This document shows positions 24,920-36,800 of a stretch of DNA of 64,000 nucleotides, piece after piece. Each line of letters opens with the position of its first letter. Position 1 is the first letter of the stretch. Both the position numbers and the translations under genes were made by a program. The notes beneath the pieces were generated by a model that saw only the letters and a program-made list of their open reading frames with translations, was not told where the DNA came from and did not search any database. The stretch is from the NCBI GenBank assembly GCA_051313645.2, contig JBNRSN020000002.1, positions 101,122,001-101,186,000 on the forward strand, in the 5' to 3' direction. This DNA comes from Centroscyllium fabricii. Taxonomy: Eukaryota.

Positions 24920-26592
24920 ATCTCGGGAATAGTGATCATAGTATTGTAAGGTTTAGATTAGTTATGGGGAAGGACAAGGAGTAATCTAGAATAAAAATAT
25001 TTAACTGGAGGAGGGCTAATTTCAGTGAATTGAGGAGGTATCTTGCCCGGGTTAATTGGAGTCAGAGACTGGCAGGCAGAAATGTAATGGAGGAATTGAT
25101 GGCTTTTAAAGAGGAGATGGTTTGGGTACAGTCTAGCTACATTCCCACAAGGGGGAATGGGAGGGCAAACAAAGCACGAAGTCCCTGGATGACGGAGGAG
25201 TTAGAGAGTAAGCTGAAGCAGACAAAGAGCATCTGACTGATGTCAGCTTGATAATACAAGCAAGAAGTACAGAGGAGAAGTGAAAAAGGAAATAAGTGGG
25301 CTAAGAGACAGTACGAGAATAGTTTGCCGGCTAACATAAAAGGGAATCCAAAGGTCTTCAATAGGCATATTAACAGTAAAAGGGTTGTCAGAGGAGTGGT
25401 AGGGCCGATTAGGAACCAAAATGGAGATCTATTGATGGAGGCAGAAGGCATGGCTGAGGTACTAAATGAGTACTTTGCATCAGTGTTTACCAAGAAAGAG
25501 GACTTTGTCAAAGCTATGATAAACAAGGAGATTGCCAGGATACTGGATGAGATAAAAATAGATAAAAAGTAGGTATTAGAAAGGCTGGCAGGACTTAAAG
25601 TGGATAAGTCATGGATGGGATGCATCCTAGGTTGCTGAGGGAAGTAAGGGTTGAAATTGCAAAGGTTCTGGCCACAATCTTCCATTTCTCCTTAGCTACG
25701 GGGGTGGTGCCAAAGGACTGGAGGATTGCAAATGTTACATCCTTGTTCAAAAAAGGGGAGAAGGATAAACCTGGCAATTACAGGCAAGTCAGTTTAACAC
25801 CAGTGGCGGGGAAGCTTTTAGAAACAATAATCTGGGATAAAATTAGCAGCCACTTGGACAAGCATAGACTAATAAAAGAGAGCCAGCACAGATTTGTTAA
25901 GGGCAAATCGTGTTTGACTAACTTGCTTGAGTTTTTTGATGAGGTAACAGAGAGGGTGGATGAGGGCAGTACAGTTAATGTTGTGTGTATGAACTTTCAA
26001 AAGGAATTTGATAAAATACCACATATTAGGAATGTTAGCAAAATTGAAGCCCATGGGATAAAAGGAAAAGTCACAGCATGGATACAAAATTGACGAAGAG
26101 TTTGAAAATAGAGAGTTGTGGTGAACGGCTGTTTTTCAGATTAGAGGGAGGTATACTGTGGCATTCCCCAAGGTTCAGTACTAGGACCACTGCTGTTTTT
26201 GATATACATTAATGACTTGGACACAATTTTTAAATTTGCAGATGACACAGAACTTGGAAGTGTCGTTAACAGTGAGGAAGATAATAATAGACTTCAAGAG
26301 GACATAGACAGGTGGAACAAGTAGACACATGGCAGATGAAATTCAATGTAGAAAAGGGTGAGATGATACATTTTGGTAGGAAGAATGAGGAGAGAAAATA
26401 CATGATACATGCAAGAAGAGACAAATCTGGGGGTGTTTGTGCACAAATCTTTGACGGTGGCAGGACAGGTTAACAAAGCAGTTAATAAAGCTCCTAGAAT
26501 CCTTGGCTACATAAAGAGAGGCACAGAGTATAAAAGACAGGAAGTTATGCTAAACCTTTATAACACACTAGTTCGGCCCCTATTGGAGTGTT
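24920..26592 (+). mobile_element. CR1 LINE ORF2 fragment (second subfamily), degenerate
   Basis: LNEYFASVFT, DGMHPRLLREV, NYRQVSLT, KSCLTNLLEFF, KFADD. Confidence 0.92.
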
Positions 26593-27410
26593 GGAGTAAA
26601 TTTTCATTGAGCCGTGAGGCGGGCTTTTCAGCGGGGAGGGCCGCAAAGTTGCTAAACCGGGTTTCCCGACGACCACCACTCCCCCCCCCCCCCCCACCCC
26701 CCCGGCCGAATCCCTGCCGCTTTGTGATTTCCCGCCACTGTGTCTACCCGCCCCGAATCTTTCCCACCGGCGGCCAACGGGAATGGTCATTAGGCTCATT
26801 AGGGACCCTTAATTGGCATGTATAATGCTATTTTAAGGGCCCCCTGCAATTTTGAAGTGTTTCCCGCCCATAACCCGCCAGCCTGAAACCCCACCGGTGA
26901 AACCTAGTGGGGACACATTTGGTTTGCTGACTTTCACCATCAAGGCATTGAAGCAGCTGTAGCAGAATGCCTTCCTGGCCTCCAGCATGCTGGAGGTCTA
27001 ACTGTCTCCCTAAGGTGAACAAGATCAGTGGGGAAACACCTTTCAAATGCTTACCTTCCAGCTGCTTTCTAGTGATTGACAGATAGGCCTTCCCTAGCTG
27101 TCAAGAGGTTACCAGTGAAACAAACTACTTAGAGTTGTCAATCATCCACTTGTGGTTAGCTTATGTTTACAGGGCTTTATGATGTCACAATCCACTGAAT
27201 CAACAGAAACAACCAAAACAAACTCCTTAGAGTTGTCAATCATGGGCTCTGGTGGTTATACAGCGGGAACCCCGCCCGCTTTCTGTCTTAAACAATCAAT
27301 TGACCAGGGATTCCCACACGCAGGCAATTAATTGGCCAATTGAGCCAAAATTGCATGGGGCTGCCAGGCCCTTTAACATTCAGGTCATGCTGAGGCCATC
27401 ACGTGAAATC
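26593..27410. mobile_element. Harbinger-type MITE (same family as 43335-43863, opposite orientation); right end uncertain
   Basis: Start ggagtaaattttcattgagccgtgaggcggg closely matches the reverse complement of 43833-43863. Confidence 0.6.
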
Positions 27411-27704
27411 TTTAACCAATGGCATTAACAGACACAAAAAAACTATTCAGTGGATAAATGTAGTCATTCATTATGAAATATGCAATTTTGTGATGTCTTT
27501 ATGTTATGATCCTCATTTTGGATGTTTGAAACTACAGTTACTGAAGAAAAATTGGTTGAGGAGAAAAACACTTCAGAAAGCATTTTGAACAATTTGTGTG
27601 GAACTGCTGGCTAGATTGTGCAATCACAGGGTGCTGCACTCTCACAATAAAATAGTACGAAGTCACACAACACCAGGTTATAGTCCAACAGTTTTATTTT
27701 AAAT

Positions 27705-27739
27705 CACAAGCTTTCGGAGCGCTGCTCCTTCGTCAGGTG
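27705..27739 (-). ncRNA. Minimal hammerhead ribozyme motif (family A)
   Basis: Minus strand CAC-CTGACGA-A-GGAGC(AGC)GCTCC-GAA-AGCT-T-GTG, perfect 5-bp stem II. Confidence 0.82.
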
Positions 27740-27748
27740 TATGGCATA

Positions 27749-27783
27749 CACCTGATGAAGGAGCTTCGCTCTGAAAGCTTGTG
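27749..27783 (+). ncRNA. Minimal hammerhead ribozyme motif (family A)
   Basis: CAC-CTGATGA-A-GGAGC(TTC)GCTCT-GAA-AGCT-T-GTG. Confidence 0.8.
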
Positions 27784-28087
27784 ATTTCTAATAAAACTGT
27801 TGGACTATAACCTGGTGTTGTGTGACTTCTTACAATTGTCCACCCCAGTCCAACACCGGCACCTCCACATCACAATAAAATAGCAACTACAGTGTGTCAA
27901 ACAGCGGGATACCTTTAACATTGAAAATATCTATCATACTGACACCTACAGTAGTAATAGGCATTTATATTCAGTTTTCAATGAAATGCATGACCCATAT
28001 TGCAAATTTAATATAATAGTTCTATTCAATTTCCCCCATATTTTCCCCTTCCCACAGCTACCTCTGTCAGACTGTCTGTTAGGCAGT

Positions 28088-28588
28088 GGGGTAAAAATAT
28101 GTGGGCCCGATGTGTCGCTGTGGAGACAGCGAGTGCCCGAAGCAAGAGGCCCGAGGATCGATAACAATTCATCCTCGGACCTCATCTGAATCATTGGGGT
28201 GAACTGCAGGAACTGATTGCACGTCCAATAGGCAGCTCACCCAACAGGAGATGGCGATTTCAAGCCACCTGCCTCTCTGGCAGCGACCCTTAGCTACGTC
28301 CCAGGAGTGGGTTGGAGCAGGCTCCGAGGGAAGGGCCGTTCGCAACTCCTGTCTCCACGGGAAGCACTCCTGTTCCTCCTGGCTCCACAGGAAGGGCATT
28401 TTTATAAAGCACTATTTAAAAGACTTACCTTTGGTTGAGGGCCCCAGGGGCTACTGAAGAATTCTGAGCACAGCGGGCCTGACCCTGGGCCTGCAAATTT
28501 TGGCAGTGGGACGAGTGCTTGCACAGATTGGCCTACTGATCGAATATCGCCTGTTTAACACTATCGCCCATAGTCAAAATGACCCCCC
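28088..28588. mobile_element. Probable Harbinger-type MITE
   Basis: GGGGTAAAAAT / AAAATGACCCC ends; CpG-rich interior; TSD not intact. Confidence 0.5.
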
Positions 28589-28782
28589 GCGCCCCTCACC
28601 CCACGCTCCCCACCTGACCATGATCAGAGGTGCAAACTCTGAATAATTTTTCACCTCCCTGGCTCAGGGATACTGTGGCCACTACTGTGTTCCTTCCAGC
28701 ACCCAGTTGACAGCATCTAACTCAGCTCAAGTTGGAGATCAAATTTGAGATCTTTATAATTTGTAAGGCTCAGTTTCATATT

Positions 28783-28977
28783 ACATAGAATTTACAGTAC
28801 AGAAACAGGCCATTCAGCCCAACCGGCCTGTGACGGTATTTATGCTCCACACGAGCCTCCTCCCAACTTACTTCATCCTCACCCTATCAACATATCCTTC
28901 TATTCCTTTCTCCCTCAAGTCCGTATCCAGCTTCCCCCTAAATGCATCTATGCTATTTGCCTCAACTACTCCCTGTG
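28783..28977 (-). mobile_element. CR1 3' end fragment
   Basis: catagaatttacagtacagaaacaggccattcagccc...aaatgcatctatgctatttgcctcaactact. Confidence 0.75.
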
Positions 28978-30585
28978 TTAAGTGGCCTCTTTTCCAAACC
29001 CTCACTTACTTGGTACAAGTTACAAATCTGTTTCGAATGAAAACATCTGCATCTGAGAGTAATGCAAATAACTTTAGATTTCATGGTAAGACAAACATGA
29101 AATGCTGCTCTAAGACATCCTAACAGATACCTCCGAGTAAGTATTGCTGAGGTAATTGAATAGTAAATGGAGATATTGACAGAAAACGAGGCTGTTTTAT
29201 TCGAATACTTGTCATAATGTTCTCCCAGTTGCCGGATGTGTAACATGTCAGTTTTACACGCTGTGTGGGGCAGCCTGGTGCGCAAGCATGTCGCACCCTT
29301 CCTGCTCCCAGCGCCGAAGCATAGGCGAACTGTCAGCTTGAAGCAGTCAACGAGAGAGCAGCGAGGCACGACGGAGCAAAACAAATCTGGAGGGAGAGCG
29401 CGCAGATCGCCACACCACAGGAAGCCAGATCATGGGGCTCTATTGACGAGAGGGGGAAAACAAGGCGAGAGGAAGTAGTGACACCAATTAAATGCCTCGG
29501 CTACACATAAAACCTATTTACGGAGAGAAAATTGTTTGCCTTTGAAAAACACTTACTCGCACTTGAAGTGACTTTAGGGGATTTTTCACTTTCTTTGATA
29601 AGGCTAATAAATTTAACAGCAGATAATCACACTGACTAGAGTAACCTAGTCTGGTGCACAGCTGGTTTGGGGGTTGTCTGGGGACCAGAGTGTTTCTGGC
29701 ATACTAATTAGTGGAAAATGTCAAAGTAAAACTAAAATACCTTTATATAATTTGAAGGAGAAGAGAAATTTACATGACAAAGGCTCTCTTACCACAGGGC
29801 TGAATTAAAAAAAAACAATTGCTGTTTATATATGACCTGATTTTTTTTGTCATTCATTTCCAGAAGGAAGGGGCAATTTACCCATGTTTTTCCAAACATG
29901 AAATATACCTGTCATAATATTTATAAAATTGTGCTATCTCCAATGGAGCAGGTTGGAGGCTGACGTTTTAGCTTTATGCAAAAAGGGAGTCGTAAATAAG
30001 TCATTTTGCCTCAGATAAATCCTCCATCGTTCCCCATCATTGTCACACACAAGCAGAGATGACAGTTGATTATTCCATCAATTGTCATGGAGACGCCTGC
30101 AGTGTTTATGAATTTTTATATGTTGCAGGCTTTTTTCTATCTATATATATATACATATATATAGATATAAATAGCATGCTAAAACTTCAATTCTTATTTC
30201 CTTTCTTCCCGCCCACCCCCCCGCTCTCTCCCCCGAAAATGTCGAATCTGTCTGACAGTGAATTAGATTAAATGTGACATCGGGCATGAGAGCTTGTTAT
30301 AGGTAGACGGTACCCTGGGTTGAATATTAGAGGGAGGGGGGAAAGAGTGGGCTCAGCTGTTCCACTGAACCTAAATTAATAGATGGCCTGCTTTAAAGGG
30401 GCAGTGTCTTCATTAAAAATATTGTGCAAACTTTAATTTTAAAAATAATTTCAGATGGAGAGGAATCTCCAGATCATTTTCTTCACTTTTTAAGTGTATA
30501 TAAATGTATCATACTTTGCAATATGATTCTCATATTGTATTTTATTTTCCAGTTCCCACAACGACATCCACTGTAACCTCCAACA

Positions 30586-30922
30586 TTCTCTGTAACCTCC
30601 TCCAGCCCTACAACCCTCTGAGATCTCTGCGCTCCTCCAAATGTGGCCTCATGCGCCACCTCGACTTTCTTCGCTCCACCTTTGATAGCCGTGCCTTCAG
30701 CTGCCTCGACCCTAATCTCTGGAATTTCCTTCCTAAGCCTCTCCGCCTCTCAAGCTGTCTCTCCTCCTTTAAGACGCTCCTTAAAACCTGCCTCTTTGAC
30801 CGAGCTTTTGGTCACCTTATGTGGCTGGGTGTCGAATTTTGTTTGACAATGCTATGTGAAGCATCTTGGGATGTTTTACTATGTTAAAGACGCTATATAA
30901 ATACAAGTGATTGTTGTTGTTG
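30586..30922 (+). mobile_element. L2 LINE 3' end
   Basis: LCNLLQPYNPLRSLRSS...RAFSC...LWNFLP...FKTLLKT; gctatataaatacaagt + (GTT)n tail. Confidence 0.85.
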
Positions 30923-31168
30923 TGCTTGCAGGACGCCCCCATTTTGGGAGAATGTCTTAGAGGCTAGCAATGTGAAATGATATTTGTAGCCTGTGCAGGG
31001 CAGGCTGAGAGTTCAGACTACCCTCAACCAAAATAAAATGATGGCACCAACAGCCATTTACAGTTGGAGTCACCAATGCTTTGCCTCTAATAGTAAGTAA
31101 CAACAAAGCCACGCCCCAAAGTAGTTCTCCAAGCCACTGGAGAGCAGTGTGACAGAAATAGAAATATT

Positions 31169-32557
31169 GGGGGGGATTTTTCCGGAAGTGCGGGAACCTG
31201 GCGGAGATTGGTCAGGGCGGGTTCCTGTCCCGCCTGGCCAAAGACCTGGGAACCCCACGCAATTTTCAGTTAATTGAGTTGTTAAATCCCTGCCTGCGGC
31301 AGCCGGTGGTAATTGACTCAATCGAGTCGGGGCTCCAGCGGGGCTCGAGCAGTTTGATTGACAGTTCCAGCACTGGTTGTTGACAGTTCCCATGGAAACA
31401 CTCCACTGTGATATCACAGTCGAGTGGAACCAATGGGAAAGGTCAAGTGCTGGTGACTGACAGGTGGGCGGGCGGGCTCAGAATCCTTTTCAGCTCGGCA
31501 CTGGCTGTGAGGAAATGTGCAAAGCTGAGATTTCTCAGTTTTTGCCCACAGCTGGTGCACCCACCACGGAGTTACTTACTCCTCTAAGGTGCTGGAGGCA
31601 TGCCAAGCATTTTGCAGCATGTCCTCACGACCTTGAAGGAGAAAGTAACGACCAGCGTTGTGCTCCCGCTGGGTTTTACCCAGCGGGGTTTAAGGTGACG
31701 GAGAATGGGTGGGAAATGGCTAAAAATGGCTAAGGGCCCTTAAAATGGCATTATAGATGCCAATTAAGGGCCCTTAACAACCTAAACAACCATCCCCGCC
31801 GGCCGCCGGCGGGAAGGATTCGGGGCGGGGAAAGAGGCCGTCCAAAATTGCAAAACCGGCGGGTTGGGGCGGGACACCAACATTTCCTATTTTCACCTCC
31901 CAGCCACCCAAAACCCTGCCTCAAGGCCCTGTCACACCTAGACGTTTTAGCCAGCGTATGCAAATTTGGCTAAAACGCTGAACTTTTGACTTTTTTTCAG
32001 TTTTGGGTGTAAATAGCGTATTCATAACGTATGCATAACGTATTAGTAACGTACACAGAACGTATCGATAACTTACAGATAACATATACCAACGAATGCT
32101 TAGCGTGTTGTCGGCGTTCACAACTTATGCCCAACGATAGTCTAACGTATGCATAGCGCGCGGCAGCGTATCGCCGACGTTTTAGATAAATGTTGATACG
32201 TTGGCATACGAAATCGTCAAGGTGTGACAGGGCATGACAGGGGCACAGGTAAGGTGTGTTCAACGATCGCCTAACGTGCCTACAACGTATGGCCAGCGTA
32301 TGCGGAACGTGTGAGTCATACGCTGGATAAGTCGAGATTTTTTGTGCATGCTCAAAAATTCTCGACTTACTCGAAGTACAACGACGTATGCAACGTATGC
32401 GCAACGTATGCCCAGCGTATGCCCAGCGTTCTCGTAACGTATGCATAACGTACCCATAACGTATCCGACGTAACCCAGCGTTTTAGCCAAATTTGCATAC
32501 GCTGGCTAAAACGTCTAGGTGTGACAGGGCCTTCACGGGGACATGAAAATCCCCCCC
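31169..32557. mobile_element. Harbinger-type MITE hosting a younger element
   Basis: GGGGGGGATTTT / AAAATCCCCCCC; ATT on both sides. Confidence 0.8.
31924..32532. mobile_element. Young 609-bp non-autonomous DNA transposon (PIF/Harbinger-like)
   Basis: Perfect 57-bp TIRs (31924-31980, 32476-32532) starting AGGCCCTGTCACAC; TCA on both sides; dense (A/G)CGTAT motifs. Confidence 0.92.
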
Positions 32558-33675
32558 ATTGTTTGGGCGGCCTCAGTTCCACTCCAGCTGTTTGTTGCTG
32601 TATATTATCTCAGATTAAATTCAAAGCTAAACCTTCCACAAGTTTGAAATGGAAGGTCATGGAAGAGATAGCTTGTCCATGAGAACTCAGGAAGATTCCT
32701 TTGATGAAGTTTTAGTAAAGATAAAGGCTTTCTTTTGATCCAGGGGTTATTGGGGACGGTGTGTTTTAAATGCAAATTAAAAATTCAAGGTGTTAGCACC
32801 GGAGTCGATGCTTTGATATTTTACTGACGTTACACCCCAGCATGGGTGGGTGGCCAGCACTATTATATTTGAAAGGTTCCACTTCAACTGTTTATAGCAG
32901 TTACTCCCTGTGAAGATGTATATTAACCCTAGAGAAACATTAAGCAACTCTGCGCTATTGGCATATGTCAAAGTGGAATTGTGAATTTGATATTAGATTT
33001 AATCACACTTGATTGACAATCCTAACTTCAAATGCAGAAGATGTCCTTAAAGGATTTGTGAGCAGTTCCACATTTCCTTTCTCATGTTAGAATGAAGAAC
33101 TCTGCAACAAAAGTTGGTATTCCATGTATCTCATGAGAGGTGACTTCAGCAAACTGAAAGGCATTATTGGTATCAAGCTTATTGGATCGATCATGGAATT
33201 AGATGATAGAATTTTGGCTGTGGGAGGGAAATGCGATCATGAAAGGCTGATGCTGTAATGGATTCCATATTGTATATCTCACAATTTCTGTTGTTATTTG
33301 GTATGTCTAACAATGTGGCTTTATACTTACTATACTGTCTATTTCCTAAACTTCTGTATATATAATTTTTTTTGTTCTCTGAATGTTCAAATGCTGGAAA
33401 GGGCACTTTTATTGCCCATCTCTAAGTGTTGGCGTGCCTTCCCCTTGGACTGCTGTCACCCGTGTGGTGATGGTGTTCCCATGGTGGTGTTAAGTGTGAG
33501 TAAATACTATTGTGATATAAACCTGTGACAGACTGTTCCTTCCAAATTTGACTGACAGAGGGAATGGGAATCCTATGTAAATTGCAGTAGCAGCATTACT
33601 GAAAATTAAGGTCATTTCTAACCGTAAGTTAAGCAACCAAAGACATAAAATCTAGTAAACAGTCAAAAGGAAAAT

Positions 33676-33888
33676 GGGCCTAGAAATTGGATCACGTTCG
33701 AATTGGGGAGAAATCCAGGTACTGCGTACGCTGCAGGTGCCGAATGAGGCCAGCAGCAAGACCACAGCAAATTGATCCACAGGCCTCATTGTTTTTGTCA
33801 CCAGCGGGCTGCAGGTATGAATGAACAACTTTAAAAGCCCACCTGCCCTATTGCCGCTGGATGGGTTGGGTTAAAATTCCCCCCCCCC
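33676..33888. mobile_element. Short Harbinger-type MITE abutting the satellite
   Basis: AAT|GGGCCTAGAAATT start; AAAATTCCCC end. Confidence 0.45.
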
Positions 33889-33889
33889 G

Positions 33890-36800
33890 ACACAGTGGTA
33901 CAGAGACACACCGAGACAGTGGCACACTGACACTCAAGATACTGGCACACTGTGACACGGGCACACTGCAACACGGACACACTGCGACACAGACACACTA
34001 CAACAAGGACACACTGCGACACGGGCACACTGTGACACAGGCACACTGCGACACGGACACACTGCGACACGGACACACTACAACAAGGACACACTGCAAC
34101 ACGGGCACACTACAACAAGGACATACTGCGACACGGATACACTGCAACAAGGACACACTGCAACACGGACACACTACAACAAGGACACACTGCGACAAGG
34201 ACACATTGCGATACGGGCACACTGCGACAAGGACACACTGCGACAAGGACACACTGCGATACGGGCACACTGCGACAAGGACACACTACAACAAGGACAC
34301 ACTGCAACACGGACGCACTGCGACACGGACACACTGCGACAAGGACACACTGCAACAAGGACACACTGTGACACGGGCACACTACAACAAGGACACACTG
34401 CGACAAGGACACACTGCGACACGGACACACTACAACAAGGACACACTGCGACACGGACACACTGCGACACGGACACACTGCGACAAGGACACACTGCGAC
34501 ATGGACACACTGCAACAAGGACACACTGCGACACGGACACACTGCGACACGGACACACTGCAACAAGGACACACTGCGACACGGACACACTGTGACATGG
34601 ACACACTGCGACAAGGACACACTGCGACACGGACACACTGCGACAAGGACACACTGCGACACGGACACACTGCAACATGGACACACTGCGACAAGGACAC
34701 ACTGCGACACGGGCACACTGCAACAAGGACACACTGCAACAAGGACACACTGCGACACGGACACACTGCGACACGGACACACTGCAACAAGGACACACTG
34801 CAACATGGGCACACTGCAACATGGACACACTGCGACACGGACACACTGCAACAAGGACACACTGCAACATGGGCACACTGCGACACGGGCACACTGCAAC
34901 AAGGACACACTGTGACACTGACACACTGCGACACAGGCACACTGCGACACGGATACACTGCGATACGGGTGCACTGTGACATGGGCACACTGTGACACTG
35001 GCACACTATGACACTGCGAAATGTAGAAACTGCAACAAGGACACACTGCGACATGGGCACACTGCGACACACGCACACTGCAACAAGAACACACTGTGGC
35101 ACTGGCACACTGACAGGGGCACACTGCAACAAGAACATACTGCGGCACTGGCACACTGGCACGGGCACACTGCGACACGGGCACACTGCGACACACGCAC
35201 ACTGCAACAAGAACACACTGTGGCACTGGCACACTGACAGGGGCACACTGCAACAAGAACATACTGCGGCACTGGCACACTGTGGCACGGGCACACTGCG
35301 ACACGGGCACACTGCGACACTAGCACACTGTGACATGGGCACACTGCGACATGGGCACACTGTGACACTAGCACACTGCACCATGGGCACACTGCGACAT
35401 GGACACACTGCGACACAGACACATGGTGACACTGGCACACTGCGATATGGGCACACTGTGACATGGGCACACGGCGACACTGGCAAACTGTGACACCGGC
35501 ACACTGCAACAAGGACACACTGTGACACTGGCACACTGCGACACGGGCACACTGCGACAAGGACACTACGACACTGGCACACTGTGACACTAGCACACTG
35601 TGACAGTGGCACACTGCATCACTGGCACACTGCAACAAGGACACATTGCAACACAGACACACCGACATGGGCACACTGCGACATGGGCACACTGCAATAC
35701 TGGTGCACTGCAGCGCAGGCACACTGCGACACTGGCACACTGCCACACGGGCACACTGCGACACTGGCACACTGCGACACTGGAGCTCTGCGACAAGGAC
35801 ACAGCGACAAGGACACAGCGACACTTTCACACTGCAACACTGGCACATTGCAACAAGGACACACGGTGCCATGGGCACACTGCGACATGGGCACACGGTG
35901 ACATGGGCACCTGGTGACATGGGCACACTGCGACATTGGCACACTGCAACACTGGCACACTGCGACACTGGCACACTGTGACATGGGCACACTGCAACCA
36001 GGACACACTGCGACATGGGCACACTGCAATACTGGCGCACTGCAATGCAGGCACACTGCGACACTGGAACACTGCCACACGGGCACACTGCGACACTGGC
36101 GCTCTGCGACAAGGACACAGCGACACTTTCACACTGCAACACTGGCACATTGCAACAAGGACACATGGTGTCATGGGCACACTGCGACATGGGCACACTG
36201 TGACACGGGCACCTGGTGACATGGGCACACTGCGACATGGGCACACTGCAACACTGGCACACTGCAACACTGGCACACTGCGACATGGGCACACTGCAAC
36301 ACGGGCACTGCGACAAGGACACACTGCGTCATGGGTACACTGTGACAAGGGCACACTGCAACCAGGACACACTGCGATGTGGGCACACTGCGGCACTGGC
36401 ACACTGTGACTCTGGCAAACTGCGACACTGGCACACTGCGACACTGGCACATTGCAACAAGGACAGACTGCGACACGGGCACACTTTGACACTGGCACAC
36501 TGCGACACTGGCATACTGTGACACTGGCACACTGTGACATGGGCACACTGCGACACAGGCAATCTGTGACACTGGCACACTGCGGCATGGGCACACTGTG
36601 ACACGGGCACACAGCAACATGGGCACACAGTGACATGGGCTCACTGCAACACTGGCACACTGTGACATGGGCACACTGTGACATGGGCACACTGCAACAC
36701 GGGCACACTGTGACACGGGCACACTGTGACATGGGCACACTGGCACGGGCACACTGCAACAAGGACACAGTGCGACATTGGCACACTGCAACACTGGCAC

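Larger units (their letters stand above)
27656..27872 (+). mobile_element. PLE pLTR-derived fold-back mini-element (family A) with two opposed hammerheads
   Basis: Inverted arms 27659-27743 / 27745-27829; direct repeat TCACAATAAAATAG at 27642-27655 and 27870-27883. Confidence 0.9.
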
